From contig CM059425.1 in NCBI GenBank assembly GCA_030390025.1, forward strand, positions 173,602,001 through 173,666,000: a stretch of 64,000 nucleotides of DNA, in the 5' to 3' direction. Both the position numbers and the translations under genes were made by a program. The stretch comes from Squalus acanthias. Lineage: Eukaryota. Numbering within the stretch: position 1 is the first letter of the stretch; every line of letters begins with the position of its first letter. The notes beneath the pieces were generated by a model. That model worked only from the letters and a program-made list of their open reading frames with translations. It searched no databases and was not told where the DNA came from. Positions 1-9,878 of the stretch are shown piece after piece.

Positions 1-154
1 GTCTAGATTTGAGTTTGAGTGAGAGAGTAGTCTTAAGCAATGAGTGTCAACAACAACTATTTATATAGCGCCTTTAATGTAGTAACATGCCCTAAGGTGC
101 TTCACAGGAGTGTTATCAAACAAAATTTGACACCGAGCCACGTAAGGAGATATT

Positions 155-898
155 GGGCCAAAAATTCATCCCGCGACGCGAGAGTACGCACTGCGTACTC
201 TCGCGTATTCTCTCTCCAGTTGCCGGTTTTCTGCATGCCCTGCGCATGCGCTGAAAACCGGCACTTGGTCTTTTGAAAAGGGGGCGGTTCCTCGGTGCAT
301 CACGTGCGCGCTACAGGCTGCGCGCACGCTGTGCACTTCGTGCTTTGGACGCGCAGGTAAGTACGGAAGATTTTAGAAATGGAAAAAGGAGGAGTAAGAC
401 CCACTTTTAACAAGGTAAGTAGTGAATTAAGTATTTTTTTGAATTTTTTTTAACAGGTATATCTTTTTTAGAGACTTTAAAGACAGGTAAGTTTATTTTT
501 ATAACTTTTTAAAAGATTTTAAATTTTTTCAAAAATTTAATTTTTTATTTAAAATGGTTAATTTATTTAACTATACTTATTTTATTAATGTGATGGTTTT
601 TAAAAAAAATTTAATTGAGGTTTAGCTGTTATTTTGGGGGGGTGTAAGATTCATAGATTTCACAGCACGTATGTGAAACTTATGAATGGAAGATGGTGTG
701 CTGCCATTGGCTCTAACTGAGTCACGTGATCCCACAGCTCGCACGAATTCACTACGCCGGTGGGATACGCAAGCACTGCCCAGCTGATGTCTGGAACATC
801 AAGTTCGTGCGAGCTGGATCTGAAAAAGCACACGCGGAGTGAGAGATCGCGGGGAAGCCTTACCCCCGCGGGAACAGAGCGAGATCAATTTCTGGGCC
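155..898 (+). mobile_element. Non-autonomous PIF/Harbinger-type MITE, copy 1 (744 bp)
   Basis: TIRs GGGCCAAAAATTCATC / GATCAATTTCTGGGCC; 3-bp TSD ATT (152-154, 899-901); removing it restores the host L2 sequence; near-identical inverted copy at 7729-8467. Confidence 0.9.
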
Positions 899-1083
899 AT
901 TGGGGCAGGTGACCAAAAGCTTGAACAAAGAGGTAGGTTTTAAGGAGCATCTTAAAGGAGGAAGAGGGGTAGAGAGGTGGAGGGGTTTAGGGAGGGAATT
1001 CCAGAGCTTAGGGCCTTGGCAGCTGAAGGCACGGCCACCAATGGTGGAGCGATTCAAATCTGGGATGCTCAAGAGGCCAGAAT

Positions 1084-1495
1084 CAGAAGATTGTGGGTTC
1101 AAGTCTCACTCCAGATACTTGAGCGCAAAAATCTAGGCTGACACTCCAGTGCAGTACTGAGGGAGTGCTGCTCTGTTGGATGTGCCATCTTTCGGATGAG
1201 ACTTCAAACCAAGGCCCTGTCTGCCCTCTCAGGTGGACGCAGAAGATCCCACGGCACTGTTTCAAAGAAGAGCAGGAGAGTTATCCCTGGTGTCCTGGCC
1301 AATATTTATCCCTCAATTCACATCACTAAAAAACGATTATCTGGTTTGTGTTTGTGGGAGTTGTGTGCAAATTGGCTGCCGCGTTTCCTACATTACAACA
1401 GTGACTACGCTTCAAAAAGTACTTCATTGACTGTAAAGCGCTTTGGGATGTCCGGTGGTTGTGAAAGGTGCTATGTAAATGCAAGTCTTTTTTCT
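1084..1495 (+). mobile_element. tRNA-derived DeuSINE (SacSINE1-like), slightly 5'-truncated, with L2-type tail
   Basis: B-box-like GGGTTCAAGTC; central ggccctgtctgccctctcaggtggacg...gatcccacggcact domain; tail aaaggtgctatgtaaatgcaagt; second copy at 3890-4312; family name from recall. Confidence 0.8.
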
Positions 1496-1994
1496 CTTAG
1501 AATTAGAGGAGCGCAGATATCTGCGGGATGTAGGGCTGGAGGAGATTACAGCGATGGGGAGGGCCGAGGCCATTGAAAACAAGGATGAGAATTTTAAAAT
1601 CGAAGCGTTGAACAGCAAATAGAGTATGGAGTTAAGCCTTGAGTTGGCTTAAAATTATACTTGAGGGGTTAAATCACTAAATTGCTTTTTGATTTTCTTA
1701 CATTTTTGTGAGCTGTTTAGTATGGGATGGGGGTGGAACAGATGACTGAAACCTGGATACCTGCATGACTCGGGAGATCCTGAAATCTTGTGTCCCATGA
1801 TGACCACAAGTTTGAAATGTCTCCTAACTGCTGTCGCTTGAAGTAACTAGGGATAATCTATCGCATACAGGAGATTGGAGGATTACTGTAATGCACATAC
1901 CAGTAGATGGTCACCCTGCGATGGTGTTAAAGAAAAATTAGCAATACCTGCGTCGGAGATTTCATAGTTGGGAATAGACAACAACTTCTTATTA

Positions 1995-2310
1995 GAGTAC
2001 TGTACTATTAATGTAGAAAAACTGGAGGAGTGCAGAATTTGGTAGGGATTATAGGGCTGGACGATCTTGCAGAGATTGTGTAGGGAAAGGTTGTGAAGGG
2101 ATTTATAGACCAGGATTTTAAATTTGAATGCATTGAGGGAAGGGGAGCTGGTAGAGTTTGATGGGAATGGATGAACCAGGCATGAGCAGCAGAGTTTTTT
2201 AATTATTTGTTTTTGGGATGTGGATGATGCCGGCAAGGCTGCATTTATTGCCTATCCAAAGTTGCTCTAAACAGTAGGTATTGGGCTGCCGCCTTGAACC
2301 GCTGCAGATG
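1995..2310 (-). mobile_element. Degraded LINE fragments (L2 3' piece plus a non-LTR tail of the family seen at 28520-28770)
   Basis: Minus-strand FKFKILVYKSLHNL; gcatttattgcctatcc...ccttgaaccgctgcag is the reverse complement of the 28650-28750 segment. Confidence 0.6.
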
Positions 2311-2499
2311 TTGTGCACATCTAGCCCCTTGATTTTTGTACAGCATAAGTTAGTTTTCCATTTTGAAATATTTTGGCGAAAGTCTCATTAGCGTGGATCA
2401 TATAACTTACACTTCTATATCACCGTTAACATAGAAAAATGGCCCCAAGTAATCAACAATAGGCTAATCACTAATGTAAATATTTCTGTTAATTAACAG

Positions 2500-2527
2500 G
2501 TGAAAAGACTTGGAATAGTTGCAGTTA
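2500..2527 (+). CDS. WDR36: WDR36 coding exon (equivalent to human exon 2), 28-nt micro-exon, VKRLGIVAV(S)
   Basis: ttaacag|GTGAAA...GCAGTTA|gtaagt; peptide resembles human VQKLSLVAVS (recalled); its phase joins the next exon in frame. Confidence 0.88.
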
Positions 2528-3294
2528 GTAAGTATACAAATTTCTATTTGTATTCATGTTTTTTTTTAAATTTAGACTGTGGTGTGCTTTACTTTATAAA
2601 AGACAACTCTTCTGATTCATATTGATGATTGGTGCAATCTACAGTAAATTACAATTCAAGCTCATTTTTCACCATAATCAAGGATATAAGTGATTTGTTA
2701 CACTTGCAAGGTGAACTGTATCCCTGAAGTTGCCAACATAAAAAAAAATCAAGAATACTTAAAATACTTCACAAAAGAAATGCAGACCATTCGAAGAAAG
2801 TTGGAAAAACAGATTTTATTAGTCATTCATCTCATTTATTGTTTGGACCTTGCTGCGCGCACACTGCTGTGTTTGCCTACTTAAGTGATTGCACTTCAAA
2901 AATAATTAATCGCTTGTGAAGTACTTGGGATTTCAGGAGGCTGTGATGAGACTGTTTATAACTGCAAATATGAATCTCAATATTTGTCTTTTTTCCTACT
3001 ATACTGAGGAACTGGTGCAAAATGTAGTGGTTCTGCTACTTCTATTAGTCTGTCGGGGAATTCCACAGGGATTATTGTCAGGGACTGTTGCTTTTCATCT
3101 TTATCAGCGATTTCCTGAATGAGGACATCAGGGGAATTGTCTGCAAGTTTGTAGTTGCTGTGGGTGGGACGTGTCTGTCAATCAACATAGTCTCCTGGAA
3201 CTTGTTTACTTTTGGTAGGTTTCTTCACATTACTGACCTTTTCTATTTGTCCCTGGAGCTTGTTCAGCTTTTTGTGGTTGATTCCATTCTGTAT

Positions 3295-3726
3295 ACATAG
3301 AAACATAGAATCTAGGAGCAGGAGTAGGCCATTCAGCCCGTCGAGCCTGCTCCACCATTCAATACGATCATGGCTGATCATCCAAATCCAGTACCCTGTC
3401 CCTGCTTTAATCCCCACAGTACACATATCACACCCTACCCCCGTAACCCCACGTATTTTTAATTCCCCCTAACATATCCCATCCTATCCCCATAACCCCA
3501 CATATTTAATCCCCCCCTAACACTAAGGGTCAATTTATCATAGCCAAATCAACCTAACCCGCACATTTTTGGACTGTGGGAGGAAACCGGAGCACCCGGA
3601 GGAAACCCACGCAGACACGGGGAGAATGTGCAAACTCCACACAGACAGTCACCCGAGGTCAGATTCGAACCCGGGTCCCTGGCGCTGTGAGGCACCAGTG
3701 CTAACCACTATGCCACCGTGTTGCCC
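3295..3726 (-). mobile_element. V-SINE (HE1-like): tRNA head, V domain and CR1-derived 3' tail
   Basis: Minus strand begins GGGCAACACGGTGGCATAGTGGTTAGCAC (A box) and has GGGTTCGAATC (B box); V domain tctgcgtgggtttcctccgggtgctccggtttcctcccaca; the tail (3295-3416) matches the CR1 3' end at about 53980-54095. Confidence 0.9.
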
Positions 3727-3889
3727 ACTAGCTTAGGTTTGCGCAACCTCCCTGCTCATGATATCTCCTTTTTATGGTTTAGTAGATGAATCACTACATC
3801 TTGTATACCTTCTGTGCCCTTAAATGGGACAGTGAAAATCTTAGGGCTGATTCTGTAAGGCTCCATTTGCTGGTTAGGAGTGTGGGGAA

Positions 3890-4312
3890 GAAAAACTAAT
3901 TGCTTTATAGCACCTTTCCTGACCTCTTGACATCCCAAAACGCTTTTTCGCCAATTAAGTATTATTGAAGTGTAGTCACTATTATAATATAGGGAAACGT
4001 GGTCAGCAAAGACCCACAAACAGCAATAAGATAAATAAGCAGATCATCTGTTTTGGTGGTGTTGGTTAGAGGATAGATATTATTTAGGACTTTGAGAGAA
4101 CTCCCCAGCTCATTAAATAATACCATGGGATCTTTTACATCCATCTGAGAGGGCAGACGGGGCCTCGGTTTAACATCTCATTCGAAAGATGGTACCTCTA
4201 AAAGTGCAGTGCTCTCTCCGTACTAGATTGAACTCTCAAGTCCTGGAGTGAGGCTTGAACACTACCTTCTGACTCCAAGGCGCAAGTGCTACCACTGAGC
4301 CACAGCTGATAC
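3890..4312 (-). mobile_element. DeuSINE (SacSINE1-like), older diverged copy
   Basis: Reverse-complement similarity to 1084-1495; head tcagctgtggctcagtggtagcac. Confidence 0.78.
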
Positions 4313-4859
4313 CTAAAGTGTTAGTCAAGAAATCAGCACAGATTTTCTGAATTAAAGCCTTTAAACATATTCTGAGGCTGTACTGCTCTGCAATCTATTG
4401 AAGCCCTCAGTATTACTGACACATTAATCAGTCCCGTGCCAAATCGATTTTTTTTTACAGAAGCTTTCTCTCCCAAAGAATTATTTACATGTGAAATGAG
4501 GATGATTGGATTGCCTAATCTTTTAGGAGTTGGCTTCTGAAAGGTGTCTTATTCTTTTCAGTGTTGGTTGTAAAATTTGCTTTTTTGTTCTTGTTACCAA
4601 CTTTATCTACATTTTCATGATACCTACGTGCTTGTTGAGCATTACAGACATTTACGATGCCTTTCCCTAAAGGAATCTTGCTTCTAACTCATATTTCACT
4701 TTTTTATCAAAGTGCCCAGGATGGGAATCCCTTTGGTGGTACTCCAATATTTGTAGGAAGTAAATCAATTCATGGTGGGACAAGAAAGGCAGGTGCAGTT
4801 ACTGTCTATTGGATGTTATGTACCTGGCCATACTACTCCAGTACCTACATCCAGATAGC

Positions 4860-5345
4860 TCTTACCTAGGCATTTCAGAGAAGAGTTAGCTGTCCTACCT
4901 CCTTATCGAAAGGGAGGCTGTCACAAAGTTGCGTCATCTCTTGGCAAACGTATAATTACTGTAGCGACGGCTCTTTATGTGGATGTACAGGCTGTCACTT
5001 CGTTAAACTTTTGCGCCAGCAGAACCTTCCAAGTCACCATCACCAAAAGCACATTCATCACATTCCCCGTGGAAGAGGCGCTAGTTGGACAGGGCACCAA
5101 ACTTTTACCAGGTGCCAGGGTTCCCAAGAGTGCAGAGCAACGCAGATGGCACCCATTTGGTCACACAGATTCCAAACACCTACACCATAGTGTATGAAAT
5201 TAAAGGGCTTCCAATCTATTGATGTCTAGGTTCTGTTAGATGATAGGAACCTCATCGTACAAGTCAAGGCCTGATACAAAAATAGAAAATGCTGGAAACA
5301 CTCAGCAGCTTAGGCAGCATCTGCGAAGAGAACAGATGAGATGTT
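4860..5345. mobile_element. Possible heavily degraded Penelope-like remnant
   Basis: 5277-5345 (aaaatgctggaaacactcagcagc..ggcagcatctg) resembles a common elasmobranch Penelope-associated repeat (recalled); upstream frames give only faint GIY-YIG-like scraps. Confidence 0.3.
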
Positions 5346-5518
5346 ATGGCTATTTCAAATGAACAGCCTTTAAAAAGGAACAACCGAAGGAAGGGAAAAA
5401 ACTACGCAACTACACACTGGAAAAGAAATAGAATGACCTGTGACCAGATCAAGGGATCACCCATTTGTTTAGTTTGGATTTGTTTTATTGTTTTCTGATA
5501 AACATTATATTAGATATA

Positions 5519-5924
5519 CAGGAAACTCTTTGGTATCCGGCACCGACGGGACCGGCGTGGTGCCGGTTGATCAAAAGTTCCGGATAACGGAGAGTTATAT
5601 CTACCGTTGCTATTTTTAACAAACAAAAATCAGACTCCTGTTACTGCCGTGTTCGGACTTCCGACAGTGCCAGGAGGCCGAGTAGTGGCACTTTGGAGAA
5701 CTACCCCCACTGACTAACTCGGCGTTCGCGGGAGACTCGGACTCGGCAACATTGCCGGTTATTTGAGAGGAGTTTTCGGAGTACTCTGCGTTCGCGGGAG
5801 ACTCAGACTCAGACTCGGACTCGGCAACATTGCCGGTTATTTGAGAGGAGTTTTCGGAGTATGATTTTTGCCGGTTAAGAGAGAATTCCGGATATTTAGG
5901 TGCCGGTTAAACAAGAGTTTCCTG
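5519..5924. mobile_element. Tc1/mariner-pogo (Tigger-like) MITE, 406 bp
   Basis: TA TSD (5517-18, 5925-26); TIR CAGGAAACTCTT...CCGGCACC / GGTGCCGG...AAGAGTTTCCTG; internal ~60-70 bp tandem duplication. Confidence 0.88.
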
Positions 5925-6392
5925 TAATCAGAAATATAAGTTTCAAGAGAAATTATGTTTAGTCCTCTTCAACCAGATTGCCCCAAACTCTGGAACTCTT
6001 TCCCTCAATATCTCTACCCAGATACCGGAAACCTCCTTAAGACACTTTCTTTTTGATCATGCTTTTAACCACTACAAACCTACTTCTATTTTTTTCTTCC
6101 CGCTCTGCTCCTTTTTCTATCCACCACCCTGCAAAGCATTCTGAAAGGTTTCTTTTTATATAATGAGCACTATATAAATACAAGCTATTGTGGTGTTGAT
6201 GTTTGTTTTTCTCAATCTGTTTTTATATTTGGGAAATATAACCTGTAGAAATTTAAATGACTGTTATTGAACCATTTCCTCTAAGGAAGTTTGGCTTTGG
6301 CATGTGTAACAAAATAAATCTGGCCTAATTTTTTTAAAAAAAGGTCAATTCTGATGAAGTTCTAGTTATAATGTTGTAATTTATCCTTTAAG

Positions 6393-6493
6393 GTAATGCA
6401 CTTCCTGAAGACATCACTTGTCTGGCAGCAGACAGAATGCTTGTGTTTGCAGCTCATGGCAACTCTGTAAAAGCATTTGCCAGAAACAAAGAG
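6393..6493 (+). CDS. WDR36: WDR36 coding exon (exon 3 equivalent), (S)NALPEDITCLAADRMLVFAAHGNSVKAFARNKE
   Basis: cctttaag|GTAAT...AAAGAG|gtgagt; 101 nt; resembles human NSVPQDICCMAADGRLVFAAYGNVFSAFARNKE (recalled). Confidence 0.95.
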
Positions 6494-6669
6494 GTGAGTT
6501 TAAATTTTGTTCAGTAAGTTGAACGCTATCTTTTGAGAAATTTCAAAGCTCTAGAAAATCATTTATGACTCTTGGACTTTAGAGTTAAAATTAACTTGAA
6601 TTGATCTTTTTTTCCTGATTATAAATGTGCATAGGGTATTAACCTTGCATAAAATAATTAAAATATCTT

Positions 6670-7385
6670 AAATGATAAAGGATAAAAATAGATAGAGAGG
6701 AAGTGCTAAATAGGTTGCCATCCCTCAAAGTTAAAAAATCATCCGGTCCAGATGGGATGCATCCTAGGTTGCTGAGGGAAACTAGGGTGGAGATAGCAGA
6801 AGCTTCGACCACAATCTTTAATCCTCCTTGCATATGGGAGTGGTGCCAGAGGACTGGGGGTTGCAAATGTTACACCCCTGTTCAAAAGAGGGGAGAGGGA
6901 TAAACCTGATAACTACAGACCAATCAGTCTAACATCAGTAGTGGGAAACCTACTAGAGACCGTTGCCATGGACAAAATTAATTCTCACTTGGAGAAGCAT
7001 GGGTTAACAAGGGACAGCCAGCACTGATTAGTTAAAGGCAAATCATGTCTGACTAACCTGTTTGAGTTCTTTGAAGTAACAGAGAGGGTTGATGAAAGTT
7101 GTTTTATATATGGACTTTCAAAAGGCATTTGATAAAGTAACACATGACAGACTTACTCGGAAAATAAAAGCACATGGTATTAAAGGGACGGTGGTAACTT
7201 GGGTACGTAATTGGCTAAGGGATAAGAGGCAGAGAGTAGTAATGAATGGATATTTTTCTGACTGGAGAGAAGTATGCAGTGTGGCCCCCCTGAAGTCGGT
7301 ATTAGGACCATTGCTTTTCTTGTTATATGATCTAATTGAATGGCGGAACAGGCTCAAGGTGCTGAATGACCTACTCCTATTCATA
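6670..7385 (+). mobile_element. CR1 LINE fragment (partial RT, internally deleted, joined to the 3' tail)
   Basis: LKVKKSSGPDGMHPRLL and YMDFQKAFDKV peptides with frameshifts; tail gaatggcggaacaggctc. Confidence 0.85.
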
Positions 7386-7728
7386 TGTGTAATTGTGAAA
7401 ACAATTGTCTACAGTTTCTTTATTAGATGGTGAACATACAAGTAAAGGTTCTATTTCACAATTTATGTCTGTTTTTGTGATACACAAGATGCATATAATA
7501 CAATTTAGCATTTTAAGAAGCAGCTATGCTTAAGGACTGAATGTCATTGAAGAATTCCATATTAACAAAACAAAATAAATATTGTTTTGGGTGCACATGT
7601 TCATCGAAAAATGCTTTTGAGATTGTACAGTGACACCTGTAACTTGGAAACTGCACATCATTTAAAAATTAGTTGATATACTTCCTAGCTGTGCATAATC
7701 CATGGACTGGATTCTGTTAAAGTATATT

Positions 7729-8467
7729 GTCCCAGAAATTGAACTCGCTCTGTTCCCGCGGGGGTAAGGCTTCCCCGCGATCTCTCACTCCGCTTGTGCT
7801 TTTTCAGATCCAGCTTGCACGAACTTGATGTTCCAGACATCAGCTGGGCAGTGCTTGCGTATCCCACCGGCGTAGTGAATTCGTGCGAGCTGTGGGATCA
7901 CGTGACTCAGTTAGAGCCAATGGCAGCACACCATCTTCCATTCATAAGTTTCACATACGTGCTGTGAAATCTATGAATCTTACACCCCCCAAAATAACAG
8001 CTAAACCTCAATTAAATTTTTAAAAAAAACATCACATTAATAAAATAAGTATAGTTAAATAAATTAACCATTTTAGATAAAAAATTAAATTTTTGAAAAA
8101 ATGTAAAATCTTTTAAAAAGTTATAAAAATAAACTTACCTGTCTTTAAAGTCTCTAAAAAAGATATACCTGTTAAAAAAAATTCAAAAAAATACTTAATT
8201 CACTACTTACCTTGTTAAAAGTGGGTCTTACTCCTTTTTCCATTTCTAAAATCTTCCGTACTTACCTGCGCGTCCAAAGCATGAAGTGCACAGCGTGCGC
8301 GCAGCCTGTAGCGCGCACGCGATGCACCGAGGAACCGCCCCCTTTTCAAAAGACCAATTGCCGGTTTTCAGCACATGCGCAGGGCATGCAGAAAACCGGC
8401 AATTGGAGAGAGAATACGCGAGAGTACGCAGTGCGTACTCTCGCGTCGCGGGATGAATTTTTGGCCC
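7729..8467 (-). mobile_element. PIF/Harbinger-type MITE, copy 2 (inverted relative to 155-898)
   Basis: Reverse complement of copy 1 with few substitutions or indels; its own TSD ATT (7726-7728, 8468-8470). Confidence 0.9.
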
Positions 8468-9878
8468 ATTATTTTGATGTTACATGTTACAAATGTACTT
8501 GATTATTGTTGTTGACCACAGTTTATCTATTGAGTACTAACACTTGAAATTCATTTTTGATTCATCAAATTATTTTTAAATAGAGTAGTATTTACCTGTT
8601 AACTGTGAAATCAGTTGAGCATCAAAGTTATAATAGAAAGTACATCACAAAATGAACATTCAATGGAGATTAAACTAATCTTGTGTATTTATTTACTATG
8701 GTGTATTAAAATATAAATTGTTTTGTGGCATATCTCTTAACTAGTATATTGGAGAACAGTGTAGGTTTCTTTCCCTGCTCTGCTGCATTCCTTTTTTCAA
8801 CCACGCTTCTATTGGGGTATCAGAAGTGGGCCAAGGCATCTCCACATAATAGGAGGGAGGTTGTTGCCAGCCCATTTGCATGTGCCTGTTGGTGGATGAC
8901 TCGAGCAGTTAGAATCATAGAAATTTACCATATAGGAGGCGGCCATTTGGCCCATTGTGTCTTTGCTGGCCGAAGAAGAAGGCCTGGGAGTAAGTCCCCC
9001 ATCCTCTTGTAAGTAGGGAAAATATGTGACCCAGTTAGACCTGAACGCAGAGAAAAATGTGGAGGGGAAATAGGAAAAAAATGCAACTTGGTTTTTGATG
9101 TAATTTTAACTTAAAAGTTCTTGAATCTGCTTGTTATTCCACAACTAATGTAACTGACACTTGTTGATGTAAGTATAAAAACAGAAACATAGGTAATCTT
9201 TTCAAACAGAAGATCAAAAGAAGTAAAATATTTCTTAAGTGAAAGCCCAAATGAAACAACAATCATCAATATAGTAATGTAAAGTTGAGCTGCTAATTTT
9301 TAATCCTTGTACACATTAAGGCAGCTCACCACACAGTGGCCTCCCCTAACTCCAGAATTCAGTATGTGGTGAAAAGGCAAAGGAGGTAGGTTTCAGATCT
9401 ATCAAAAGGCTAGCCTTGTTGGGCCTAATTGTTGCTGTTCGTTCTTTATTTTTATATCCAATTAAGATGAGTAGTACAGGAACCCATATTACATAGACTA
9501 TACAGCACAGAAACAGGCTATTCAGCCCAACCAGTCCATGCCGGTGTTCATGCTCCACTCGAGCCTCCTCCCATCCTTTCTCATCTAACTCTCAGCATAT
9601 CCCTCTATTCCCTTCTCCGTCATATGCTTATCTAGCATTCCCTTAAATGCATCTATACTATTTGCCTCAACCACTCCCTATGGTAGCGAGTTTCACATTT
9701 AGTTCCTTCTGAATTCCCTATTTGATTTCTTGGTGACTATCTTATATTGATGGCCTCTAGTTTTGCTCTTTCCCACAAGTGGAAATACTTTCTCTGTGTC
9801 TACTCTAACAAAACTTTTCATAGTTTTAAAGACCTCGATGAGGCCATCCCTCAGCCTTCTCTTTTTCAAGAGAAAAGA

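Larger units (their letters stand above)
48..1611 (-). mobile_element. L2-clade LINE 3' end, interrupted by a MITE (155-898) and a SINE (1084-1495)
   Basis: (CAA)n tail then tttatatagcgcc; minus-strand peptide GGRAFSCQGPKLWNSLP; colinear with the L2 copy at 31058-32025. Confidence 0.85.

Noticed and set aside
40..276. ORF pairs 40..276 / 8212..8502 and 7685..7867 as small genes
   Set aside because: They lie in the MITE copies and cross element boundaries; no recognisable protein.
3660..3726. tRNA-like sequence with A and B boxes
   Set aside because: It is the head of the V-SINE, not a stand-alone tRNA gene.
5723..5861. Direct repeats that might suggest a CRISPR-like array
   Set aside because: Two-copy tandem duplication inside a MITE in a eukaryotic intron; no spacers and no cas genes.
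6391..6398. AG|GTAATG at the exon 3 acceptor as a recursive splice site
   Set aside because: The GT is forced by the split Ser-Asn codons, and the donor reconstituted after splicing (TTA|GTAATG) is weak.
899..7728. That the segment between the inverted MITEs has already been inverted
   Set aside because: Exons 2 and 3 are in the correct order and strand, and the host L2 continues correctly across copy 1.
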